Assembly: GCA_964187785.1 (NCBI GenBank) | Contig: OZ076409.1 | Location: 96,412,001-96,476,000, forward strand | Length of the DNA stretch: 64,000 nt | Source of the DNA: Amphiscolops sp. MND2022 | Lineage: Eukaryota | Direction: 5' to 3' | Shown: positions 1 through 12,283 of the stretch, piece by piece | Position numbering within the stretch: the stretch's first letter is position 1 | Layout: each line of letters opens with the position of its first letter | Made by a program: the position numbers and the translations under genes | Notes under the pieces: model-generated | Seen by the model: only the letters and a program-made list of their open reading frames with translations | Databases searched by the model: none | Told to the model about the DNA's origin: nothing

Positions 1-522
1 AGATACGAAATTCATTCTCCCTCACAGAGTTATGCAAAGATGTAGGCTAATTCTTGTACTATCAAAGTTTCCGTCATCAAGTATGACGCCTACGTTTTTC
101 TGCTAAAATTACAATTTTCATTTTTCTCAAACTTCAATTTCTCACCTTTCTTTTTAGTTCTTTCACCTATATTTTCTTGATCTGAGACTAGATAAGTTCA
201 CTAGGTTTTGGAATCTGGGATATACACATTTTCTAGCACCTTCTGCAGACCATTGAACGTTTCTGCTCGTGCCCAAGCGCGACATGCCGTCGCGCCTATG
301 TTTTTGTTTGAACACCTTCAATTTGATTTAATTAGAGGCGGTGAAATCATCTCAAAAATTAGCGAGGTGCTTTGTATTGGGGCGCTTTTGACTGGGGCGC
401 TTTTGTATGTAGTACTTACTATGTACACGCCATGACAATTTCATTAGTTATTGAGTAGGTTTTGAAAAGGTTCTTTAATCATTTCCTGATAAGAAAGACT
501 TCAGTTGATATGGGGGGTCGTT

Positions 523-1022
523 TATAGTCGGCGCTTTTCTAGGGAAAAGTGCCCGACTCTTACAGTGGATAGTTTTTTTCTTTTTTTTTCGTCAGACTAC
601 AATCTCACTCTGATTGGGCCACTTTTCTTACAATCGAAACTACTAAAGCTACTACCATAAGGCCAAGTCCGGTCAGCGGAAATTAGTGCAAAAGGGTCCC
701 CCCTTTCATTTTTTACTATTTTAACGTAACCTAAAAAACCGGGCGAGACTAAAGGGTCCCCCTTTCCATTTTTTTTCGGCATTGTGCGACTTTTTTTCGA
801 AATTGTTTTAATGTCTCAAAAGAGTCCCCCTTTCGAATTTTTTGACATTTTGCAACATAATATGTTAATAAAGCCCAAAGGGTCCCCCCTTTACATTTTT
901 CGGCACTATGCGACATTTTTTGAAAGAAAAAATTCAAAAATTTCAAGTTTTTCTTCAAAAAAAAAGTTTTTTGCGCTTTTGAGCCTTAGAATTGCGCCGA
1001 CTTTAGACGTTCCCGCCTTGTT
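523..1022 (+). mobile_element. HINE/DINE-1-like non-autonomous Helentron-type repeat, copy 1
   Basis: 5' AGTCGGCGC (526-534) and its inverted copy GCGCCGACT (994-1002), followed by a GC-rich tail and TTGTTTT. Internal AAAGGGTCCCCC repeats. Six more copies in the window. Confidence 0.6.
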
Positions 1023-1360
1023 TTCCATTTTGGCTGCCTCTCGAAATGAGTTGTCACCATATAACACCTTAGTGATTACATGCCAGGGGTTTGCCGATTC
1101 CTGCGTCTCTTCAACCGCAATCACAATTTTTTCAGCACTTTTCCCAGGGTTCGAAGCGCGTGTCATCAGCGTGATGGAATCTTCCGTGGGTGTGGGAACC
1201 ATGATTGGACCAGCTATTGCGTCATCTCTATATTACCTGGGGGGTTACAAGCTGCCTTTCTGGTTTATAGGCTCTTCCCAGTTTATCCTTGCATTAGCTT
1301 GTGTTTTTATTCTGGTTTGCGGGAGAAAGGCACCTCTTGAAGATGTGAAAGCTGATAAAA
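1023..1360 (+). CDS. MFS transporter (SLC18B1-like), internal exon; 5' boundary uncertain
   Basis: Translation includes ...FSALFPGFEARVISVMESSVGVGTMIGPAIASSLYYLGGYKLPF..., matching the TM4-6/motif C region of SLC18B1-like MFS proteins. Donor A|GTAAGA at 1361 (phase 1). The upstream part of ORF 784 is repeat-derived. Confidence 0.75.
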
Positions 1361-2034
1361 GTAAGAACACGTGAAAAAATTACCCAGCCTGACATGTTTT
1401 CATATATTAGATTATGACTTTTTTCTCGTTTTTGCCAATTTTTTCCAATTTTTTTCTCAATTTATGTAAAGCAGGGTTGTTTCCCAAATTTTTCCACAAA
1501 TTCCAAGGATCATCCTACATGGAGATCTTGCTAAGATCTTATAGCAATATTGGGTAAGATCTTGCAAAGATCTTGCCATGGAACCTATCTTGCTATGACA
1601 TGCATGTTTCAGAGTATAAAAATTCTTAGGAAGGCCAAAATGGCCACGAAAAACTTTTACAAACTCTGCCTGTCAAATCTGAAACTCTGATTTTTGTGAA
1701 TTTGCCATTCCTACAGAAAACCAAGCTCAAGCGGAAAAAGCGATTTAAAATTTCGTTTTTTCTTTCAACACGTATTTGAAATTATAGTCCATATAGGATT
1801 AGCTGATATAGAATTGCATGATTGTCTTTAAATTACAGGGCAATCGTGGTAAATTGCTGTAATCGGATGCAAGCAACTGCACTAAAGATTTTGTATGTGT
1901 CCCCTAAAACAAACTGGCATTGACACAAAAAAGCGGCAAAAGCGGTAGAAGCGGTCTTCAAAAAAGCGGATTTTGAAAAGCTCAATTTCAAAAAAGCTCA
2001 AAAGCAAAAAGCAGTTTTATAAAATGATCACATA

Positions 2035-2112
2035 ACGTTGGTCTAGTGGTCTAGGAGACAGAATGCGAGACATTCAATTCAAAAGTTCGGGTTCAATTCC
2101 CGGTCGTCGCGA
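2035..2112 (+). repeat. tRNA-derived (SINE-head-like) remnant
   Basis: A-box-like TGGTCTAGTGG and B-box-like GGTTCAATTCC; no clean cloverleaf. Confidence 0.5.
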
Positions 2113-2283
2113 TGTTTTTACATTATCATTTGCCAACTAATCTGCGATTTCTAGACAGTCTTCTTTACTTTTCCCAGAGAAACATTGGCAGTCCTTGAAT
2201 TCACAACTTTATCAACACTTTATCCGGAGTGAATATTTACTGGATTTAGAGTAAATTCGTCAAAAAAGAATGCCACAGTGAGC

Positions 2284-2471
2284 GTGAGGCGACATTTGTT
2301 ATCAAGCGACATTTGTTATTAATTGCTGAAAAGTGACATTTGTTATCAAATCTAAAAAGGCGACATATCTTATAAAGTTTGAGTATATAAAACACTATAC
2401 ATTATTTGATAATAAATATCGCTTTTTCAAAAATGATAACAAATGTCGCTTGATAAAAAATGTCGCTATAC
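2284..2471. mobile_element. Mutator-like MITE
   Basis: Near-palindromic element (GCGACATTTGTTAT / ATAACAAATGTCGC) flanked by an 11-bp direct repeat CCACAGTGAGC (2273-2283, 2472-2482). Confidence 0.7.
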
Positions 2472-2552
2472 CCACAGTGAGCATTCTGAAAAACTTGACA
2501 ATTGAAAAGCCTCATTTAGAGTTTGTGAGTTTTGACGTGTTCTTGCATTCAG

Positions 2553-2778
2553 TCAATAATGAACAAAAAGCGGCGGGAAAAGAGGGAGAAACGAGAAATA
2601 TCTGCAAAAAGGCTTCCTTGTTTAGTTTCATTACCACGCCTTCTGTTTTCCTGATGAGCTTCCCCGTTTTTGTGATGGCCGTTTGCACCGCGTGTCTGGG
2701 AGTATCTCTGGCACCACATCTGTTCCAAGAATTTGGAATCAGCAGTACTGTTTCTGGATATTACTTCCTGTGTTTTGG
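2553..2778 (+). CDS. MFS transporter (SLC18B1-like), internal exon
   Basis: Acceptor ttgcattcag|TC (phase 1 fits). Encodes hydrophobic ...SLAPHLFQEFGISSTVSGYYFLCFG. Donor GG|GTCAGG (phase 2). Confidence 0.8.
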
Positions 2779-2809
2779 GTCAGGGCTGTTAGAGTATAAA
2801 TAAAAGTAA

Positions 2810-3165
2810 ACAAGCCAGGACCTGCCCAAGTTGGTGCCATATCTAAGGCTCAAAAATAGCAAAAGGACTTCAAAAAGTCAAAGTATCAGTGAATTGGGGA
2901 CCCTTTGGTGGAAAAAAAATTTCGGAAAAAAGACGCAGAGTGCCGATAAAACTGAAAGGTGCCCTTTAGTCTCTCGGTAATGTATGTTACGCGGAAAAAA
3001 AGGAAAAACATTTTTGGTTCAGTTCCCTAGGCCAACAGGTGCAATTTAAAATTTTGTAGATCTTTTGGAAAAAATATTTTGGTCACTTTAGGTGTATCGG
3101 AAAAAAACACTGACGAAAAGCCATGACCATAGTTGGCTCTTTTCGAGAAAAGCACCAACTAAAAA
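2810..3165 (-). mobile_element. HINE-like repeat, copy 2
   Basis: Reverse-complement of the family ends (ACAAGCCAGGACCTGCCCAAGTTGGTGCC ... GAAAAGCACCAACTAAAAA). Confidence 0.6.
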
Positions 3166-3385
3166 ATGTGAACAAAAATGAATTTTATTAAAAGTTGAAA
3201 AATGTTTTGAAAATGATGAGACAGTATGGCTCAAACGAGGTTTGGGTTGAAAATTGGTACATTATTGACAATGAAAGGTCATAAAAATTGCAATAAAAGG
3301 AAAGGTTGTAGAGAATTCATCCAAAAAGATGCATTTGAATATGAAATTGATGTCTTAGATGGAAACAGACTGCTGGAACCTTTTA

Positions 3386-4946
3386 CATACTGCAGGCCCC
3401 TGCATGCAGGCTAATTTTTTACAAAACCTAGAAAATTCAGTGAAGTTCGTTGGTAAATCATGTAAAATTACACTGCATTTTCCATTCCTGCAAGCAATTA
3501 AATATTTAAAAATATTCCACTACATTACCGACTCGATCAGTTTGTATTCATACTTTGTTTTCTCAACTACTTCTCTGAAGTGATCACCGCTTCTCAAATA
3601 GCACGCTGAACATGACACTTATTTGTAGTTCATTACGTGACTGAAGATATGTTGCATTAATTCAGCGGTATAAATGATAACAACGTATTTGCTTTTAACA
3701 TTTTTAAAATTATAACTGCTGCCTAATGAAACCTACAAAACTTCAAGCTTAAAATTGCCACCAAAACTTCAATGAATCTATTAAGCAGCTTGATAAACGT
3801 TAAATACAACATGGAAATATTTCAGGAAAGATTCTGGAAGTATTTTTAGAAAATCATAATAAATGTTGCTGGCAACATTACCGAACATGCAAAAAGTTTA
3901 AGCAGTTTCAACAAAGGTAGAAACAATGCCTGGGAAACCAAACTACAAAACTTATTTACATAATGAAAAGCAGCTGCGTGTCAGTAACATTAGGTAATAC
4001 CTTGTTGAAATTGCTTGAACTTTTTTCTTGCACTTTAAAGTTACCAACAACTTTTATCATGATTTTCTAAACCTCTCACGGAAACGTTCATGCAAAAAAA
4101 ATTTCCTGTTGTATTCAAAGCTGCTTGATAGAAGCATTGTAGATTTAGCGGCAATTTTAAGCCTTGAAGTTGTGCAGGTTTTATTGAGAAACATTTCGAA
4201 TTTTCTATGCAACTAAGTCGCTATAAGGGATTGCAGTAATACACGGCGTGTAAAGTTGGGACATTCTCGTGAAATGCTAAATGAGCGAAAATTCGTGAAG
4301 CGTGGAGTTCGGCTTTTTTTCGTCGCAAAGGCGTCCGAGAAAGTTTTCTAGACCAAAAAGGATTGGGCACCAGTCGACAGTTTTCTTGGCCCATTCACCA
4401 ACTACAAATGAAAATAACTTCAATGCAAAACGCTGATTGAAAATATCTCCTAAACAAAATACATTATGCAGTCAACTGAAAAATTAGTCACGTTTAGAAT
4501 GAAATCGTCAAAACAACCAAACTCGATTGTAGGAGAAAATTCAATAGAAGATATCAGGTTGCTCTTTTGTTATGATATTTCATTATAATGCTGCTTTCAT
4601 GTGTTTGGGGGAATGTTTGAGTTTTACGGACGACAGGCACATATCCAACACCAACATCCAACCCCCGTCACCATATCTTTCTGAATCACTCCAAGTCCAA
4701 GTCGCGTAATGAAGTGCAGATTAGCGTCACGTCTAGTGATCTATTTGCAAAGCGGTGGTCACATCAGATGAGTAGTTGAGAAAACTAAGTGTAATACATA
4801 GTCAGCGTGTCGGAGTTTGACGTGTAACTTATTTTTAATTTCAATTGCAGTAGTGGAAAATGTAGTGTAATTCTACACGATTCATCACTAGAAGCCTACT
4901 GAAATTTTTATATATTTAAAAAAAATTACCCTGCATGCAGCATGTG
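3386..4946. mobile_element. Long-TIR non-autonomous DNA transposon (CATGCTGCAGG family)
   Basis: Termini CATACTGCAGGCCCCTGCATGCAGG / CCTGCATGCAGCATG with several hundred bp of imperfect inverted similarity. Related ends or pieces near 17545-17562, 51940-51961, 52160-52668 and 53760-54025. Confidence 0.6.
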
Positions 4947-5003
4947 AAAAATTCCATGAGTCATGACATTTGTTTGATAAAATCATAACAGCCCTGTTTT
5001 TAG

Positions 5004-5200
5004 GCTTACTTACACAGGGGGCGCTTTCCTCATAGGGTTCCTGGGAGACAGGGGCTTCTCGTTCCATTGCCCTCTCGTTTTCCTACTCTCTGGGTCTCTG
5101 GGTTACTTCACCTTGTTCGCTGTCAACTATCTGGAACTCTTGGATAACAAATTCACAGTTCTGGCTCTTCTGGCAATCGAGGGTCTAAGTCATGTTGGAG
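5004..5200 (+). CDS. MFS transporter (SLC18B1-like), internal exon (missing from the ORF track)
   Basis: Acceptor tgtttttag|G (phase 2 fits). Reads LTYTGGAFLIGFLGDRGFSF...LLAIEGLSHVG, including a GxLxDR motif-A-like loop. Ends at G|GCAGGC (GC donor, phase 1). Confidence 0.8.
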
Positions 5201-5648
5201 GCAGGCATTTCTAAAAACGCACTTTTTGGTATGACAAATCATTTGTTAACATCCCGGGTACATACATACCCGATACATACAGATCTGTCGCAAAAAGATC
5301 GAGTACCAGTAAAAGATCAGATCAGCCAGTCAAAACCAAACAAAACAAAGCAAAAGATACGGAACAGAAGAGTCCGGTCTCGGAAATTTTCGAGAAAACA
5401 ATACTTGTATCCAGAAGAAGAGATACCTAAATCTGAAACTACAACAACTGACAGTTTAGGAAACTGAACCAGAAAACGTCAATAAAATATTTGTTTAACG
5501 TGTAGTTCTTCTGCGAGCAGCGCTTCCAGAAACTGAACAATGTCCTTACTCTGAGACGGAGGCTCTCTGCTGATGTGGATTCATATAACACACGTGACAG
5601 GACTCAATATGTTCAAAATGTCAAGATAAAACCTAAGATCTTTCCAAG

Positions 5649-7274
5649 TGTAAGGACTACGGTCGTCTGTGTCTCTTAAATTACACGCGGATCGTGAGTC
5701 CTTTTTTGTAATTTTAGATATAAACCCGTTAGTTCCTTCTGTATTATCCTGATTATTTGGTGACGAACCGGACTCAGTGTCCCTCTGTCCTGAAGACAGC
5801 GTACCCATAATATATTGTATCTCGGGGACCATTTTATCATTGATGGCAGAATTGATCGCTCTAGTTATCTGGACTTGTAGGAAGTTCATAAGTGAATCCG
5901 TCACTTGGGATAACCTGAGATTCAATTCCTCTGATAACAGTTCCATAGACTCTAAGTGTCTATCTGACCTAGTGGTCTCAATTCTACAGCCAATGTTTCT
6001 ATTCTCAATTTGCTGTGAAGGAATTTTGTAAGTAAGAATGGCCTCGGTGTGACCTTGGCCGAGAGAATGATTTAAAACAATCTCGAATTTCTTTTCTATA
6101 TAATTTGAATTGATTCCACCAAGCATCATGTCCCTGTCGTTATCATTGGACATCGTGTCCATTTCTCTAGAACGTCTAATTCAGTCTTTTGTCTTCTTGT
6201 TGAAGAAAGTATTTGTAGGGAAAGAAGTCAATTACTTCTTTTATGGTAAAATAAAGTGAGTTTGACAATCGGTCTCAATAATAGAGTTACAAATCAAAAT
6301 TGTGTCGTCGGGACTAGGAGTCCCGAGTATTTATACTAAAATATGCATGACATACAAAATATAGGGTATCATCAATCTAATTTTAGAGCAAGTGCTCTAA
6401 AAATAGCTACAAAGGACTGCGTGTCCTTACAAACACACATTGACGTAGTTCTAAATATAGCAGCAACATGACGCAGTCAATATATATCTATATATAGTAA
6501 CAGCGTCAACAAATATCCACGTGGCCCTGAAGGCCGTCTAAATGGAACATGTTTAATAACACTACATGTAAAGCATCTTATATTAAACTGCATGTATAGC
6601 ATGTGGAAAGGAATGGCAAGTAGACACAAGGGCCGTAACCTATAATAGACGACATAATACTGGCTATTCATGGGAATTAGTTTCCCGTCTGAGATAGCTT
6701 CAGAGAAGGGGGGAAAGGACTGAAAGTCCAGCACAATTTCGATGAATGAATTTCAACCACGAAAATGTATGTATGTATGTAGCAACAATTTGTTAGAGGC
6801 CTTAAGAGTCGTACAAAACTATTAATTGCATCTTTGCATAATATATTGCACTTTCATCTTTAAATTGGACTGGTAGTCCCACTGCCATAACACCGACAAT
6901 ACAAATAACTGCTATACTAGATAGGAGTGTTCAGCAAGCCTACTGCGCTGTGATTGGTTAAAATTTAACCGGACTAGCTGTCCACTAGCCATAAGTGAGA
7001 AGTTTATTTAGGTGGACAGCCGTGAATGGCCTTTAAATGAAAGTTAACAGCACTTAAAATCTAAATTGGGACTCAATGTCCAACTGCCGCAAACGTACTG
7101 GTTTATTAGTTGACAAGCGGTGAACGGCCATCGCGTCCATTAATTAAAAGCACTAACTCAGAGTACTCATACTAATACTGCAATTTGATTGGTCTAAATT
7201 CAACCGGACTGGCTGTCCAAGACGACACAAAGGGACATAAAATAAAATAAGATCACAGGTGGCAACCTGCGACA
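5649..7274 (-). repeat. 3' LTR of element 2 (1626 bp)
   Basis: Direct repeat of 10661-12283 with scattered substitutions and a 3-bp indel. Confidence 0.92.
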
Positions 7275-7460
7275 CTCCCCCTGGCATAAGGAGAAACGTT
7301 CCTGCTGACCCCACACTGACACGGTCCATGTGGTCGTCTTCATCGCTTGATAGATTACTGTGCCGTCCGACTTTGGTTATTAGGACAATAGGTCTCTCAA
7401 ATGATGTCCGAAACACATTGCAATTCTTTTATATGCTGTAACGAGAACATTTTACATGTA
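7153..7460 (-). pseudogene. Remnant of the accessory ORF3 reading into the 3' LTR of element 2
   Basis: AGTFLLMPGGVSQVATCD aligns with AGAFLFITPAVSQAAACD of the element 1 ORF 48810-49634, with the LTR boundary at the same codon. Confidence 0.65.
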
Positions 7461-9531
7461 TAGAAGCACTAAACTATATGGCCTTCATGTCCACAACATT
7501 TTGCAACATCCATAAAACATGTGACATGGTTACATAATAATCTGCATGAGTACAAAGGTGGTATTGGTTTATGGCCATCATGTCCTTTAATACAGGTGAA
7601 TGGATAAAATATCGGGGGGACTATTTTACTAATATCAGGGATTGGTGGACGGACTGTCCTTGGCGTTAATGGCCAAGGGACATCAAGGACTGGTTTCAAA
7701 GCATCGATAAGCATTGAATAAAATACATTTCAACTGCTTCATATTAGCTCAGGAATTGATAAATTAATAGCATCGTTTCAAAAAAAGGAAAGCCACAATG
7801 GCTGCACGTCCTATTATAACGTCACTAAATACTGCATGGCCAGCGTGGCCTTCAATTCTATTTACTGCGTACAATTAATAAGAGCACTGTGAATGGCGGC
7901 ATGTGATTGGATGATTTAATTTAAGGACCTGTGGTCCGCTACGCCAGGCTGTGTACATTGCATGGCCTTACTCGTCCATTTAATTTAATTGAGCACGTAC
8001 ACGTATTTAATCACAGCAACAATAACATAAAATATATAAGCGTTTCTGATTGATCAGTCTATATTTGGACCTGTGGTCCACCAAGCCAAGCCAAAAATCA
8101 TTTAAACATTAATAATACAGCGCTGGAAACAGTAGCAACATAGTTTTGTAATTATAAGGCCTTGTCGTCCAAGCGCCAACTACTGCCTGGCTGTCTACGG
8201 CACATGGCTGTACTCAGTTTCTCAGGAGATTCTGCTCACAGATTTTGATAAAATCCATAAGTTGACACGTATTTGACATCAAGTCCAAATAACTGTAAAT
8301 TTGACAATAAATTGTATAGCCACGAACTCCAATTACTTTATCGACATTGTGTCAGTCTTTGTTACAATGCCCATTTCTCCACTCAATTCAATATCTTTAT
8401 TAATCATTCATATTACTCAGTATTTAGCCAACGTCGCATTTAATCTTCTTGTATTTAATCCACAGTCAGTATTCTAGTCGGTTTTACTTGTAGTCTTATT
8501 ATCTTCTTGGGACGTTCTGTGCAATCATCCTTACTCCCGTGGGTTACCTTGGGCTCGCCCCGGATAATCGACATCGAGTCCCCACTTAGCGGTTCTCTGT
8601 CAGTTCCCGTCTTATTCACCTTCTTTGGAAGAAAACACAGTCCTTTGCCTTGCTACTCTTCACTTGCCATCAGAGTGGACTCAAGGTCTCTTTGCCAACT
8701 TTCTCTTGGATTTGCGGACAACACTTTCAGCAGTGACACACAGTCAAATTGTTCTCTTCAGGAATCGCAACCAACAGTCCAAAATTTCCAATTTAGACGC
8801 AACAGCCATCATTTTCCCAGCAGATATCCATATAGGTGTGTTGTTATGAAGGTTTTCTTTCAATAGTTTTGATTTTTGATTTTGAACTTGAAGAGGCTTG
8901 ATCAAGGCCTTCATCTTGTTCAAGTACTTCCTGTCCATATAACACAAGTGTTCACTTGAGTTCGATTCTATCTACTCCGGAGATTTTATATGCGGTCAAT
9001 GGACTTTAATTAAGGAAGGTGCCCGCTTGAATTTATTTCGTTCTATTTAGACATGTCGTCTGAGAACAACTTGAAGAAAATCCAACACAACATTCTGAAG
9101 ATAATGAGGTCCAGCAGTTCACTGGATTCCTGGTGACTGAAGATACTGCTGAGTCAAATGAGCGAACTGCTGATCCAGTTTGCCGTCAAGCGGACATACT
9201 GACCCCTAGTCCATCAACTGAAGATAGTGTGAGCGCGTCATTCGGGGCTACAGAGTCTGTACAGGAAACTGGGCCAAGTTCATCTAAATCCTAAATGTAC
9301 ATAGTGTACATTGGTTTCTAATTCATTTCTGTTGTATTTCAAACAGGTTTTGTATTTGTTGTATTATTGTGCTTGCAGACTGTTTGTGGCTTTCATTGTA
9401 TTATTCGCCACTGAGTCCATTTGTTGATGTATTTGTCCGAAGATATAATTTGTTCATGAGAAGTCAAAAGAAATAGTCAGAGCAGTCCCAAATAAAATAC
9501 ATGTCCTCGTGGGCGAATAGAGAAAAGGGGA

Positions 9532-10145
9532 CTAGCAATTTAATTTTCTGGCTAGTGATTGTATTCTTGAGGATAGTTGGGGATGGGTTAGGTTGAAGAT
9601 TGTATTTTCTCCTCTGGGACTCGTATTTTTATCAATTTCTTCATTTTCCGATATTCCGGGCACGGAAATATCTGCGCCTCCGTTTGGAACATTTTCCGCA
9701 TCGTCTAGTTCATTTGTGACGTTATATTCCTTTTCCGTCCTACTTGTCGATTTATTCGGTGGGGACGCCGCGTCACGGTTGTTGGCCGGTGTCGGCTGTA
9801 TTTCATTCTCGGTGACGTCATTTTCACTCATTTTCTGGCTGCAGCGTTCATCTTCGTGTACGCTGCTGCGTTCAGTTTCAATGACGTAATGGTCCACACC
9901 GCCACTTGCGTCGTCGTTCAGCAGGCGTGTAGCCACGTCGGTCCAATTTTCTTTCCTCGGCTCAAATACTTTGAAATCAAAGTCTGATTCCCACAAAATG
10001 GTATACAAGTCGTTTTCTGTTCGTCGTGTAGACGTGTTCGGATCATTTTCATTATTTGTAAGTGGATAGTTTCGATAGTATTTGTAACTGGAAAAGACGT
10101 GATGTCGTTCTGACATGGGTTCATTCATTTGGAGTCGTGGCGCAG
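9532..10145 (-). pseudogene. pol: pol remnant: N-terminus fused to C-terminal tail, all enzyme domains deleted
   Basis: -1 frame LTAPRLQMNEPMSER resembles element 1 LILPRLQYNELLSVR. NDLYTILWESDF resembles DDLYVITWETDF. DISVPGISENE..SPRG resembles NIIVPEISEND..SPRG. Confidence 0.8.
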
Positions 10146-11174
10146 TTAGTTTTTTGAATTTGGCTTCTGAGAGATATTATGACCTGATATGGCACTTGAC
10201 TGTTTGTCATTGATATTGGGGGACGCCTCGTCTCCCGGTCTGGGTGATGGTTTTGTTTTCGCTTTATTTCTCTTGGGGCGTAAATGCGCACCTGCGCCTT
10301 TCCAACATTTTTCAGCTGTGTGGTTTGTTTTACTGCACGTTGGGCATTCAGGGTATGTTGGACGCTGGGGCTTTTTGTCACTTTTGTCCTCCACTTTCCG
10401 TTTCTTTTTCAGTTTTGGACAGCTTTTATAAAAATGGTTTGTCGCCTTGCAATATGCGCATTGAGCTGCTTTATTTGTGTCAACGCTATTAGACAGCAAA
10501 CTTTGAAAAATTTCAAGCATAGTAGTTCCTGGTGTGGGTGGCGTTGTGTCCATTGAGACATTATGGACCGATTCCTGTACTTCAAGGTTCGGGTCCGAGT
10601 GGATTCGTCCAGTCAGGAACTCAGGAATTGGTCGCTGGGTGTCGTTAACTCCTGTCACCATGCAAGGACTACGGTCGTCTGTGTCTCTTAAATTACACGC
10701 GGATCGTGAGTCCTTTTTTGTAATTTTAGATATAAACCCGTTAGTTCCTTCTGTATTATCCTGATTATTTGGTGACGAACCGGACTCAGTGTCCCTCTGT
10801 CCTGAAGACAGCGTACCCATAATATATTGTATCTCGGGGACCATTTTATCATTGATGGCAGAATTGATCGCTCTAGTTATCTGGACTTGTAGGAAGTTCA
10901 TAAATGAATCCGTCACTTGGGATAACCTGAGATTCAGTTCCTCTGATAACAGTTCCATAGACTCTGAGTGTCTATCTGACCTAGTGGTCTCAATTCTACA
11001 GCCAATGTTTCTATTCTCAATTTGCTGTGAAGGAATTTTGTAAGAAAGAATGGCCTCGGTGTCACCTTGGCCGAGAGAATGATTTAAAACAATCTCGAAT
11101 TTCTTTTCTATATAATTTGAATTGATTCCACCAAGCATCATGTCCCTGTCGTTATCATTGGACATCGTGTCCAT
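10146..11174 (-). pseudogene. gag: Internally deleted gag (LTR-encoded N-terminus plus two CCHC knuckles; capsid missing)
   Basis: Knuckles CAYCKATNHFYKSC and CPTCSKTNHTAEKC. The region is collinear with element 1 gag but lacks the FDGK...RELE capsid block. Confidence 0.8.
10649..10660 (-). promoter_or_regulatory. Primer-binding site TGGTGACAGGAG (element 2)
   Basis: Abuts the LTR terminal CA, begins TGG, and is an identical 12-mer to the PBS of element 1. Confidence 0.75.
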
Positions 11175-12283
11175 TTCTCTAGAACGTCTAATTCAGTCTT
11201 TTGTCTTCTTGTTGAAGAAAGTATTTGTAGGGAAAGAAGTCAATTACTTCTTTTATGGTAAAATAAAGTGAGTTTGACAATCGGTCTCAATAATAGAGTT
11301 ACAAATCAAAATTGTGTCCTCGGGACTAGGAGTCCCGAGTATTTATACTAAAAGATGCATGACATACAAAATATAGGGTATCATCAATCTAATTTTAGAG
11401 CAAGTGCTCTAAAAATAGCTACAAAGGACTGCGTGTCCTTACAAACACACATTGACGTAGTTCTAAATATAGCAGCAACATGACGCAGTCAATATATATC
11501 TATATATAGTAACAGCGTCAACAAATATCCACGTGGCCCTGAAGGCCGTCTAAATGGAACATGTTTAATAACACTACATGTAAAGCATCTTATATTAAAC
11601 TGCATGTATAGCATGTGGAAAGGAATGGCAAGTAGACACAAGGGCCGTAACCTATAATAGACGACATAATACTGGCTATTCATGGGAATTAGTTTCCCGT
11701 CTGAGATAGCTTCAGAGAAGGGGGGAAAGGACTGAAAGTCCAGCACAATTTCGATGAATGAATTTCAACCACGAAAATGTATGTATGTATGTAGCAACAA
11801 TTTGTTAGAGGCCTTAAGAGTCGTACAAAACTAACTGCATCTTTGCATAATATATTGCACTTTCATCTTTAAATTGGACTGGTAGTCCCACTGCCATAAC
11901 ACCGACAATACAAATAACTGCTATACTAGATAGGAGTGTTCAGCAAGCGTACTGCGCTGTGATTGGTTAAAATTTAACCGGACTAGCTGTCCACTAGCCA
12001 TAAGTGAGAGGTTTATTTAGGTGGACAGCCGTGAATGGCCTTTAAATGAAAGTTAACAGCACTTAAAATCTAAATTGGGACTCAATGTCCAACTGCCGCA
12101 AACGTACTGGTTTATTAGTTGACAAGCGGTGAACGGCCATCGCGTCCATTAGTTAAAAGCACTAACTCAGAGTACTCATACTAATACTGCAATTTGATTG
12201 GTCTAAATTCAACCGGACTGGCTGTCCAAGACGACACAAAGGGACATAAAATAAAATAAGATCACAGGTGGCAGCCTGCGACA
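10661..12283 (-). repeat. 5' LTR of element 2 (1623 bp)
   Basis: On the minus strand it starts TGTCGCAGGCTGCCACCTGTGA and ends ...TTGCA, directly followed by the PBS. Confidence 0.92.

Larger units (their letters stand above)
5649..12283 (-). mobile_element. Non-autonomous, internally deleted Ty3/Gypsy LTR retrotransposon (element 2) in the last MFS intron
   Basis: Two nearly identical ~1.62-kb LTRs with TG...CA ends and 5-bp TSD CCAAG (5644-5648, 12284-12288). Carries a PBS, a gag remnant with zinc knuckles, and fused pol N- and C-terminal remnants. Confidence 0.92.

Noticed and set aside
784..1022. N-terminal part of the 196-aa ORF as MFS coding sequence
   Set aside because: It lies within the HINE-like repeat, and the same sequence recurs at six other sites.
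2035..2112. Functional tRNA genes here and at 29.6-31.7 kb
   Set aside because: The acceptor and anticodon stems do not pair properly.
2333..2552. N-terminal part of the 156-aa ORF
   Set aside because: It is MITE and intron sequence upstream of the acceptor at 2552.
5649..12283. Tandem segmental duplication or assembly duplication
   Set aside because: TG..CA ends, the PBS, a 5-bp TSD and real substitutions between copies show it is an LTR pair.
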